This document shows positions 26,799 through 37,511 of a DNA stretch of 37,511 nucleotides, one piece after another. Within the stretch, counting starts at the first letter, position 1. Each line of letters begins with the position of its first letter. Source of the DNA: Sphaeroforma arctica JP610. Lineage: Eukaryota. Location: NCBI RefSeq assembly GCF_001186125.1, contig NW_014040098.1, positions 1-37,511 of the forward strand, in the 5' to 3' direction. The notes beneath the pieces are model-generated. The model made no database searches. It was not told where the DNA came from and worked only from the letters and a program-made list of their open reading frames with translations. A program made the position numbers and the translations under genes.

Positions 26799-27785
26799 AT
26801 ATGGTCACTTACATGCATATGCAAACATGCAAATGGCTCGAAGTCATGCCAGTATAATCAAAAATAAAAGACCAACTGGAAATGTACGATGCACACTTCT
26901 GATGCACACATTCTGGCACAATCAAGTACCATATATCATGGCTTGAGACAAGGTCACCGCGTACAGAAAAGAAATCAAATTTATATGGACCGAAGGATAA
27001 CATATAGAAAGAGCACTCGCTATAAAGCCATCAACAGAGACAGCCCATAGGTTTTGATGAGTACATCGTATGAACCGCGCTTATAATCGAGAAAGAAAAA
27101 GTACAAAGTTATAGCACAAAAACTTGTACGAATACACACCATTGGCGGTACGACCGCAGAAGGGATCGAAGAGGCCATAATTTGATTTGAAACCGGAATA
27201 AACTCATCAATTGTATGATATGTGTGTATATGATCTACGCTAATTGACAATCCCTCTGGAAGTATAATAGAACTATATTGTATGATACATATCGATATTA
27301 AACATCCCATGTGTCAACTCTAAGTGTCACTTATTTGTACATACATATTATCAAAATTTACACAGGGCGCACTATGCGACTGCTGCCTGTTTGAAAGCTC
27401 GCAGGAGTGGAATAAAGAATCCGTCTTTACGTCACAAACAGACAAAGGGCAGGTTTCGGGTGGGTTTTGCCAACTTTTAGGGCCCGTATAAACGAAAAAT
27501 AGTTGAACAAAATAGTTGTCTCAAAAAAGTTCTGGACCAATGAATGTGCTGAAGTGTATTTTCACAAATCTGAATTTTTGAGGACAACATTTTGAGGGTC
27601 TGGGACCCTCAAGAAACTTCAGCTTTCGAAATAGTTTTACGTTATAGTCCAAAATAGTCCATAAACTCGCAAAATCAGCTGAAAAACATATAATAGGTGT
27701 GAGATTTGTGGTTGCGTTTCATTGGCTACTACAGCCCGCCTGAATGCACAATATTATGTATTTCTTTTGTCAAAACAAAGTATCA

Positions 27786-27836
27786 ACGCACACAACGAGC
27801 ACAGCACGCACACAACGAGCACAGCACGCACACAAC
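27786..27836. repeat. 20-bp tandem repeat, ~2.5 copies
   Basis: GCACACAACGAGCACAGCAC units. Confidence 0.85.
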
Positions 27837-28179
27837 CGTCGCGCTTTGTATATGTGTTGTGTTCTGTTGTGTATCTGCAAGTATACTCTATTACAATGTA
27901 CAATAAACAGCGTCACCTGACTGTAGCGCACACACTTTCAAGCGACCATGGCAGCCTACATAACCAATCGCGCAAAAAAGATGCACAGCATCATAATGGG
28001 GACCGTTGCACCAGCTGTAGATAATACCAAATTAGCTTACAACATTGCCGGATCTGGGGCAGTAATGCATTAAAAAAAGTTCTAATCATTCTCAAAAAAC
28101 TGTGATCGTTCCAATTAAGCAGTCCTGTCGACCTCCACAACAAATAGCGAACAATAGTGAAAGTATCTATTAAGCATCT

Positions 28180-29388
28180 ATGGCAGGAGGAGCAGTTAGA
28201 AGTCCACCTAGTATTTATGGCGGATCTTTGGGGCGACAGTTAGACTTCTCTATGGATGATGATGTTTTGAATAAGAAATTTTGTGTGCCAGAAGACAGCA
28301 GCGACGATGAAGAGTTTTGTGATCCGCTCATTAGTGTGACATAGGAGAACAAACATCTTATCATGCATCTCACAACATATACAACATTGGAGAGCTTTGT
28401 GATAATCTAGACACTGACGTAGAAGCACAAGATGCAAATCAAAATGCTAATGGTTGCAGTGGTGAAGTTGATCTTGCAGAAAGCGAGGACGAGTTTAATA
28501 AAATACTTGCAGATAATGCCTTAGATGTACCTGCAGTATTACAGCCTAAACCGAGAAAGAAACGTACCAAGGCAAAATTATTGCCTACAGGTGATGCATT
28601 GCGCAGTGGATGTTTGTCTACTATAATTGCGCACGAGTCGCCCCTGAAGCAATATGCACCAAGGGTTTCAGCACTCTCGATACTTCTGTACAACTTACTA
28701 CTGCATCAACCACTACTGCTCTAGATTCTACGACATCAGCTGCTGCTGCTCTAGATGGAGTAACTACTGCTGAGGCTACATCGACTATTGCTACTTTAGA
28801 TACTACTACATCAGGGTTTATTGCACCAGTTTTAGATACGTCAGCTACTATAGCTCCAGTTAATACTACGTCAGCTACTACTGATACAGCTACTATTGAA
28901 AAGACAGCTACTACTGAATCGACGACTTCTGCTCTAGATACTACTGGTGCAGCTACTACTGCACAAGTTGCTACTACATCAGCTACTACTGAGTTGACAG
29001 CTACTACTGAATCGACGACTTCTGCTCTAGAAACTACTGATGCAGCTACTACTGCACCAGTTGCTACTGTATACGTCAGCTACTACTGAATCGACTACTT
29101 CTGATCTAGACACTACTGGTGCAGCTACTACTGCCAGCTACTACTTCTCCGCTAATAATACGAACAGTTGCACAAGAATATCTGACATTTACAAAAGTTA
29201 ATCTCTGGAAGGAGTTAACAAGAATCTCGTGTTAATCACCCGGTACGATATAAAATCGGGTTCGCTTGTTCCCAATCAACTCTCCAAGTCATACTCCTGG
29301 AAAGGACCTCCATCTTCTGCTCCTAAAGAGGTTTTAGCCAAAGTCTTGGAGATGAACGATGTTTCACATACAAAACTAAAACTCGTAT
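28180..29388 (+). pseudogene. Degenerate ORF of unknown family: acidic N-terminus, basic PKPRKKRTK motif, Thr/Ala-rich repeats; cut by the LTR at 29389
   Basis: MAGGAVRSPP...EDSSDDEEF with stops and frameshifts; CAGCTACTACTGAATCGAC units at 28905, 28998 and 29077. Confidence 0.45.
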
Positions 29389-29443
29389 TGTAAAAGCTGC
29401 GCCTCCACATTATAATCTTGTAAAATAAACATACTCTTAATAG
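29389..29443 (+). repeat. First 55 bp of the 5' LTR of family B copy B3
   Basis: TGTAAAAGCTGCGCCTCCACATTATAATCTTG matches the LTR starts at 6807 and 37203(-). Confidence 0.85.
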
Positions 29444-30099
29444 GGATAATATTATTTATTTCAAAGGAGTTAAGTTACAATGTATGTACATATGGTATGG
29501 CTCTCATAGCCGTTGTAGTGGTTCGGGGAAGATCGATGGGAAGAAGTGGTCAGTAAATTTCCTGTTGAAGCTTGGGCCAAGTGAGTCGACAATGGAGGAT
29601 ATGCGCTGGGTCAATTCAGGCCGGTGCTGACAAAAAACTGACACCATCGAGTGTGCCACGTATTCGCTTTCTGACCTACTAAATAGCGTACCCACCTCTG
29701 TGGTTCGGATCGGGTCTTTATCGTGTAGTGCTGTGGAATGGGTTAGTGCAGAGTACGGAATGCCAAGTAGGACCAGGTTATCCGTCATAATTCGGTTGAG
29801 GAGCGAGGTTGGGGGTGAACCGATGCCGCACCAGACCACGGATTCACTCGGTATGTGCTGGTTTGCCTGTATTGGAAGTATCATAGGTGGAACCAACAGG
29901 CGCGATGAATTGGTTTGGACCGAAATTTGGAAGTAGTACTTCAACAGCGTGATTGGCCGGGGTATAGGAAACATCTGTTGATATGTCAGAGACGGGTGTG
30001 GGTACAGGGGTTGTTCTACATGCTGGAGAAAAGATCCAAGGTGTTCGTGGAGGGTCCAGATACCATGGAAGTTGTGGCACTCCTGTAGTTGCTGGAGGA

Positions 30100-32937
30100 G
30101 ATCAGGGCCAATGAGAGGTAGTTTCGGGCCTACCAGGATGTATTGGATCAGTTGCTAGATGCAGGCAAAGTGGCTGGTGGTGAATTTTTGGCCACCGGGG
30201 CAGACAGGGTAGAGACAGCTGTCAGTGCGGTAGTCGAACAATGTGAACATGTACGTATTTGTTACGATCATAGCATAGAGCCGTATTGGTGTAGGCTCGA
30301 AGCAGCGGTTGAAGCTGTCGTGTCTGGCTTTGTCCCGATCTGAGGTTGGCTGTTTGCCCATGACCAATTGGTAGTAGTATTGACGCCGGGCCATTGCTAC
30401 GATCTCCTTGTTGGACCAGCGCTTCGTTGAATTCTTTCTAATGTCGTCACATCTTCGGCGGAGGGCTACATGGTCTGGTGTACGCATGTCCGTGGTTTCG
30501 TATACAGTCTTCAAGTGGGCATAGATACTGTACGGAAAGCGCAGTGAGGGTTTGTCGTGGGCCCAGGCGGGTTACGTCAGAGGGGTGAGTGAGTTTGTGC
30601 TGGCTATTGAGTCGAGTTGCAGTCCCAGGCAACCTCCGAGGTAGTCCGCGAATGCTCGCGTGGGGAGCAGGCCACAAATATGGAGTAAGTTGGTTTGATG
30701 TTTGGGAAACCTAGGGTATTTGGTGCCCGTGATGATGGCTGCTGCTCGAATGAGTGCTGAGTTATAGCGCTCAAACAAGGGCTCCAGCGTATCCTTCCAT
30801 ATAGGTGGAGCCCAGGCAATAATGTTCAGGCCATATTTAGCCGTGGATAGAATGAATGTTTTGAACAACACCAGCCTGTTGCGGGGGTGTCGCCAGCTGA
30901 AGCCATGGAAACCATAAGCGCGGAAGAAGGCGATACCCAGAGACAATGCTGTAACCAGGGATTCCATATGTCTGGTGAAAATTTTAGAAAAACCCGGGCT
31001 TGGATCCGTGCGTCGTCGACAAATAAATAAAAGCGGAGGAGCTTGAGCCGGAATTGTGCTAATGTGGTAGCCAAAGAATCCATGTAGATAATAAAGAGCT
31101 GGGGGCCAACGATTGAGCCTTGTAGGATGCCATTTTTTCTATGAAATAGATGCGAGAGCAAGCCGCCGTATGTCACTCGGGTAGGGATCTTCTCAAATAG
31201 CACGCGGAGGCAGTTGATCCAGTTTTCGGGCATTCCAGCGTGGCGCAAGTGTACCCACAGGCGCGGGAGAGCAACCTTGTCGTATGCCTTGGTAATTTCC
31301 AGACAGACGTCGCTCCACTCCTCTTCCGACTGTGTCTCAGATTCCATGGCGGCGAGTGCTTGGTATGGCAGGGGTATCGTGATTTGAAGCCAGCTTGGGT
31401 TGCGTGGGTAGCAGAGCCGTGGTGGCTAGTAATCAGCTTGAGGAAACACTTCTCAAATATGCGTCTGACGATTTACGCTAGCGTGATAGGGCGGAAGTCG
31501 GCGGGGGAGGTGATATCTGCATCGGCCTTTTTTGGGTGCGCTGTCAGGAGGGTGCAGTTCAGGGCGGTAGGGAAGGTACCCGCCTTTAGTAGCTCAGTGA
31601 ATGCTTCGGCAAGGAGTCTACTCAGTAGGCTATTGGCGTCCGGACGTCCTAGTGTCCTGTGTTCGGGGGAACGCTCCATTGCAGCCTTCAGAAGGAAGAT
31701 GTGGATTCCGTCAGGGCCAGGCCCCTTATTATGATAGCGTAGTATAGTCTCCATTACATCGTCGGGGCGTATGGCAAGAGTTACATCTGGCGAGGGTTCA
31801 GTATTCGGTGGAATAACGTACGGATTCGTGGAGTTGATTAGGTCCTCAAAGTAGCCAGTGAGAGTGGCGCCTGTGTAGTCGGCACCCGGTATGCAGGGTT
31901 GGCGTAGAAATCGTCGTTGGTACGCAATATCTTGGGACATTAGGGTATTGCTTTGGGCGGTCAGACGTGGGCGGAACGAGTGGTTTGGCAGCCGTTGTAC
32001 CCAAGGTCTATTTATGTCGTAGTAGAATCCCCCAAAGATTTGTGGGTTAGCGGCATAGCGCCAGATGCGGTCGAGAATCCGTAGCAAGCCTTCTGCTGGA
32101 CCATGCAAGGTGAGATACGACCGTAGTAGGTTCTGATGCACCCGGATTTTGGCTTGGAATAGTCGTGCGCGGGATTTGTTACGTAAGTGATAAAGTCGAT
32201 GGTGATATCGGTTATATCCATGAGAGGGAAGGCGTTGGTCCGGAGGCGGCGGCATTGTTGGTATTTGTTGGTGCCGACGGATGTGTTCCGTTGGAAGTAC
32301 CTGGAGATCAAGCCCAAAAGTGTGGTCACTATAGATGCTGTAGTTTGACAGTTTATAGGTCTGGAGGGAGGCGGAAGTCGTGGGCCGGTGATACGCATGT
32401 TCTGCACCAGTTGAGCCGCCAGCATAGAGATAGTCAAAGTGCCACGTGTTATGTAGGGTAGTTTCGATCGTGTTCATACGTAGTCCGTGAATTGTGGATG
32501 CGTGACCATACTTACGGGCTTTAAAGTTAAAGTCGCCCCAAACGACGTCTGGTTGGAAATTGCCAATCTCGGGAGGATTCATGTATTTCCTGACGTCTTC
32601 TTCGTTGAGTGATTTGAGTGGGAGGTAGAACACGGCCATATGGACGCCAAAGCATACAAAGGATACCGCGTAAGGTGAGGAGTGAACCAGTTTGAATTGA
32701 GATGGGTGGTGTTTGGAAAAAATACCAATACCACAGTGTGAAGGGTGTAAGATGTTGTGCCGTGTTGTGTGATGTAGAATATGATAGTATGTGTTTGAGG
32801 AATGTGATGTTATGCCAGGTTTCAACCACACACATAACATCAACCTGACTCAAAATCGATATAACGTTCAAGCACTTATCTGTATGTGCTGCATTGTCCA
32901 TGTTGAGTCCTTGTGGGTTGAAGAGCGTCATCCTCAT
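30100..32937 (-). pseudogene. LINE ORF2: endonuclease + RT
   Basis: MRMTLFNPQGL, CVVETW, VWGDFN, SDH; KGPGPDGI, DFRPITL, ITKAYDKV, GILQGSIVGPQLF, LFVDD, LFKTFILSTAKYGL, CLYPVC...HFAC. Frameshifts, and part of the RT after FVDD appears deleted. Confidence 0.92.
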
Positions 32938-32942
32938 TGGTC

Positions 32943-34225
32943 CTAAAATTGTTCATCCTCGGTCAATACTACTGGGCCCTGGTCCTTGTTGATGTCAGCC
33001 ATTTCTATATCGTTTTCTGTCGTCGAAGTGTCTGTGGTGGAAGGTTGAGGCTGTGTGGGGAAGACCGTTGGTACGTGGGGTTGTCCGGGCTGCGCACGTT
33101 CTGGCTGTGTGTCAGCGCCTGTCGGGATTCGTGGGTTAGGTGACAAGCGGTTTGTAGTATGTTTTGTTTGATATGCCTTCTGGAGCCGGTCCGTGGTACA
33201 TTGGAGAATGTCTGCGTTGGTGGAATTAACAAGGGGGTCCAGCAAAGCATTCATGCTACGGGCTAGAAGTTTTGGTGCTCGTTCATGTGTGCAGCGGGCC
33301 TCCCGCTTGGTGCGGAGATAGTGGAATAAGGCTGCTTTCGTAGCGTTAGGATGTTGTTAGGAGCGGGGGTCTATGGTTTTATCAAATTGCCACTTCCACG
33401 TTAGTTCTGTATGACGTTTCACCTGGGCGACAGCGTCATTGGGAACACAAAGACGGACGAAACTGGAGGAGGTCCCGCGGCGATTTAGTTCAGAACCCGG
33501 TTTGAACGGGAGATACCAAAGAAAGTGGTAGCGATTAAGGAGCGGTTGGGCGTGCCAGTATTTCTCAAATACTGATTGGGATGGGGGCTTGCCGTTGGAA
33601 AAAAAATGCCCGAAAGAAGAGCCATACCGGAGTGATGTCATCCATTTCGTGGAGAGTTTTGTCCGGCATCGGGCGGCCCATCACTTTCGTCAGAAGCTGT
33701 GCGGGTGCTGGCGGCTGCAGTAGGGGCTGAGAGGTCGGTGGGATCAGGGGTTTTTCGGGGAGTCGGTTTTGTGGGGTTGCCCACTTTTGAGCGGTAGCTG
33801 GGAGGTTCACTGTTACTACTACAAATGGACGCCTGTGGCCTCGGTCTTTTTGCTGGCGGGGCTGGCGGGCTTGTGGAGCCAAACCGGAAGGTGTTGGGTG
33901 TGCCTTCATTTAGAGGTGCACAGGTTTGGGATTTAAGGTCTCGGAGTTCGGATTCGAGGTTGTTCACTTTGACACAGAATTCCGTGAGTATTTGGTGCAT
34001 GGTTAATTTCCATTGGTCGTCAGCCAGAGGCTTTTTGGAGATGGGCCCATTATTGTCCAGGTTTGGTAGGGCCGGCCCCGACATTTGGTTGAGATTAGTC
34101 TGTAGAGTATTGACCTGGGCAGAGAGGTCTGTGATAGATTTTTGTAAATCCAATTTCCATTGGTCATTGTGCAAGGAGTCGTTGGGGACGAGCGCTTTAG
34201 TTGGGGATTCAGCCTGGCCCGACAT
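32943..34225 (-). pseudogene. LINE ORF1 (duplicated MSG...DQWKL heptad-like segment, Pro-rich linker)
   Basis: ATG at 34225; frameshifted ORFs end a few bp before the ORF2 ATG. Confidence 0.7.
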
Positions 34226-34500
34226 TTTTCGGAGGCTGTGGGACTGTGGTCTGTGGGTCGTGAGACTGTGGGACCCCAAACTCCCCACTGGAATTTTGTT
34301 TTGAAGAAAAATATATATAAATCTAAATCTAAACTCCAGGTCCGGTATGATACTATGTGACTTTTTAGTGGGGTCTGTGGGTTTTTGAATTTGGCATTCA
34401 GTTTTACATTGGTGACTTGCGGGTCACCGAGATTTACGTTTCGGAGACGGAAATTCGAGTCAAAGGTCCGAAAACCCTAAAACCCTAAACCTTTTGATTG

Positions 34501-35216
34501 TACGTAAAATGTACTCTTAAAAGTACGTAAACTTAGTTTTCTTTAAATGATTTTTAACTGTTTTTATTAATTAAATACCTTTGCCATTTTACATATCAGA
34601 TATTTGGACAAGGCCATTAAAAGACCCCAGTAAAATACCAAATATAAGATTTGGTCTAGTTCTATTAATAGAACTATATTTACCTTCCAAATCTATTTAA
34701 TATATCTGAATACTTCGGTAGCGAGATGGCTCAACTGAACATAGTTTTCTAAGGACTATTAGCGTTGCTTAGTTTATCCTCCGTTCAGCCAATCAGATCT
34801 GCCAGTCTGATGAAGGCTAAGTCGGTAATTCTTGATGAGTGGCAAGTTATTGGTTAATGCAATAACTATGGACATCAAGTAGTTTTTCTTCTTTTTTTTT
34901 CTTTCTTTTTTTTCTAAAGATAGGATTTTATGAGTCTCTCGGATTCGCCCCAACGAAACATGTCATAGTTTCTAATAGAGCGACAACGAAACACTAAATA
35001 AAATACCGTCGGCGAAAACAGTACTGAGAGTATTATAAATAGGCAATGTCTCAGCTTCACAATCCCTCAGAGTATTACTGTTTTCACGAGATATACCTAA
35101 CTTTACTAAAAGACTCATTTCGTTTATTTACTTTTAAATTTTGATATACTTAGACATAACCTAAGCCTTTATTTACCCTAAGGCGTTAATATCGCCTCTA
35201 TAGACCGATACTTACA
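34501..35216 (+). repeat. Remainder of the B3 5' LTR (ends CTTACA)
   Basis: Colinear with 6860-7500; contains CCAAT (~34789) and TATAAATA (~35034) boxes. Confidence 0.92.
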
Positions 35217-36432
35217 TATTTTAAAGTCAACAAAGGTATTAACTACTTAGACTACTTAAACGTAAAGGTAGATAACTACCACGAAATTTTTCCTAAGCAC
35301 AGTCATTCCTTCAGAGAATAAGACAGAAGTCATAAGTTAGGATTATGACAAAGAAAGACAATACGTCTGCAAAGAAACGCAAGGCCGAACGTAAGAAGAT
35401 GGAGAGAGAAGCCGCTAGCGCTGCCGCATACAGAAGCAACCGCCGCTGCTGCCGATGCGTTTAACCGCACCGTAGCCGAAGCACTTGTCTCCGACAATAA
35501 TAGTCTGGACAATGCTTCGGATAAGGATGTAGCCACTCCGATTAAGGAGACTACTCCTACAGATAGAGCCCGAGGGCCAACTATTGCCTCAACTTCGAAG
35601 CTCGCATTTACGAAGCCAGGAAGTGAGACAAGGGACACGTCTCAAGACGCCCCAACCAATTCTTCTGACGAAACTCAGAAAGAAAAGTCCCCAAATATAG
35701 GGGACAAAGACGAATCTCAAATGGTACCTGTACCGGAACCAGAAGAGGAGGCAAGCTCAAGTGGCAAACCCGAATCTACGTCCGAGACCACTGAGACAAC
35801 GCGCATTAGTAAGTTAACTACTGAAAACACTGATGTTAAGAATCAGTTAGCCGCCCTTATGAAAGGCATGACTGTTGAACATGTAGATCGAATGTATGGA
35901 TCAGGAAAACACGCACAGCACTTATGCGAGCATGTTTCTCCGGGCACTATCGAAGCCCTATAGAAGTGGACAGAACGTCGTCTGGCAATAACGCCCGAAA
36001 AGCGTAAGGACCTGAACGCCAAACCTGTGGCAGTTGACCCAAATGGACTCAGCGTAACTTTACTTTACGAGGAGCTACCACCAGAAGTCCAGGAGCTTTA
36101 TTCGCCGGTTCTATCACCCGGCCATGAGTCGCCTGTCCTTGAGGGTATTATAGACCCAGAGGCAGGTAGAAACACTCCGCCACCTTTACCCAACTGGGAT
36201 AACAATCGTCGGAAACCAGTTAAGACTGGGTAAGCCATCCAGACGCATGAATCACCCAATATTATAATACCAACGTCTATCCAAGGAACAGAGCACCGAA
36301 AGGTCTCGACCATGGACTTTACACGGGGTAATAAACACTCCTGTAAACGTGTTAACGATGTCGAATTTAATCACTTCGATAGCACCGCCTTACACCAACC
36401 CGCAGAGGATTTTCACTCTGACGAGGTGACAG
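35217..36432 (+). mobile_element. Family B copy B3 leader and 5' gag (ATG 35345), interrupted by copy B4
   Basis: MTKKDNTSAKKRKAERKK...; 35628-36432 aligns with 13182-14185. Confidence 0.9.
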
Positions 36433-37203
36433 TGTAAGTTTCGGTCTATCAAGGCGATATTAACGCCTTAGAGTAAATAAACGCTTAGGTTAAGTCTAAG
36501 TATATCAACATTGAAAAGTAAATATACGACATGAGTATTTTAGTAAAGTTAGGTATGCCTCGTGAAAACATCAATACTCTGAGGGATTGTGAGGCTGAGA
36601 CATTGCCTATATATAATCCTCTCAGTATTGTTTTCGCCGACGGGATTTTATTTAGTGTTTTGTTGTCGCTCTATTAAAAACTATGGTATGTTCCGTTGGG
36701 GCGAATCCGAGAGAATCATAAAATCCTATCTTTAGAAGAAGAAAAAAGAATAGAAAAAAGGAAATTACTCGTGATGTCCGTAGTTATTGCATTAACCAAT
36801 AACTTGCCACTTATCAAGAATTACCTACTTAGCCTTCATCAGACTGGCACATCTGGTTGGCTGAACGGAGGTTAAACTAGGTAACGCTAATAGTCCCTAG
36901 AAACCTATATTCGGTTGAGCCATCTCGCTACCGAAGTATTCAGATATAAATGGATTTGGAAAGTAAATATAGTTCTATTAATAGAACTAGACCAAATTTT
37001 ATATTGGTATTTTACTGGGGCCTTTTAATGGCCTTGTCCAAATATCTGATATGTAAAATGGAAAAGGTATTGATTAATAAAACTGTTAAAAACCATTTAG
37101 GAAATTTAAGTTCCTCGTACTATTAAGAGTACGTTTATAGTTTACGTACTGCGTAAGAGTACGTTTATAACATAGAGTCTAATGTGGAGGCCCGGCTACT
37201 ACA
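36433..37203 (-). repeat. 3' LTR of family B copy B4 (antisense insertion into B3 gag)
   Basis: Reverse complement starts TGTAGTAGCCGGGCCTCCAC and ends GAAACTTACA; near-colinear with 34501-35216. Confidence 0.93.
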
Positions 37204-37511
37204 CAGCCCCCACCCAGCTTTGAGACCCATGAGAAGCAAGTTGCTCACTCAAGCTGATTATGGGTCAAAAAGCGAGAAAGGAAAAACGAGTCGAAAAAAT
37301 TAAGTAGCATACCGTATAGTTAATGTTTCTCAGGCGGAGAAGTTAAGCGTTCTCGGTTACCCTGTGAGTTTGGGCTTAGATCCAGTAGGTAGGTGGTGGT
37401 CGACTGGACGTTTAGTACGCTTCAGTGTCTTAAGCACATATGAAGGGTGGGCATTAAAGCTCGGGATAAATGCTGTAGGCGGGTTAGTTTTAACTTCCGT
37501 GACTTCAGACG
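37204..37511 (-). mobile_element. B4 internal 3' end: polypurine tract and end of an ORF (stop 37357-37359)
   Basis: GGGTGGGGGCTG immediately precedes the LTR TG on the minus strand; open frame ...FNAHPSYVLKTLKRTKRPVDHHLPTGSKPKLTG* (probable Pol C-terminus). Confidence 0.7.

Larger units (their letters stand above)
29444..34500 (-). mobile_element. APE-type non-LTR retrotransposon (LINE), near full length, degenerate, inserted in the B3 LTR
   Basis: ORF1 followed by ORF2 (APE, RT, C-terminal Cys/His motif); LTR sequence resumes at both junctions. Confidence 0.92.

Noticed and set aside
28610..29089. Mucin-like secreted protein gene
   Set aside because: No signal peptide, and it is part of a longer frameshifted ORF truncated by an LTR; kept only as a pseudogene.

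Overview
Eukaryotic genomic DNA with GT-AG introns, (AT)n/(CA)n microsatellites and an 839-N scaffold gap. A unicellular opisthokont is my guess; the taxon cannot be confirmed from the sequence. About three quarters of the window is nested, decaying transposons around a small gene island. The island holds an intact 6-exon adenylosuccinate synthetase (+, 20431-23606) and a Cys-rich-tail gene (-, 25184-25704). The transposons are three related Ty3/Gypsy LTR families (A, B in four copies plus a solo LTR, and C), an APE-type LINE inserted into a family-B LTR, and a degenerate THAP-domain remnant. The main finding is that two divergent Gypsy families with DDE integrases (A and B) both carry a Dam/DIRS-type amino-methyltransferase domain (DxFA...NPPW) fused in Pol just before the integrase. 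They also share a stop codon at the gag/protease boundary. Families B and C share an atypical CX2CX6HX3C knuckle, and the one readable LTR/leader junction has no canonical tRNA PBS.
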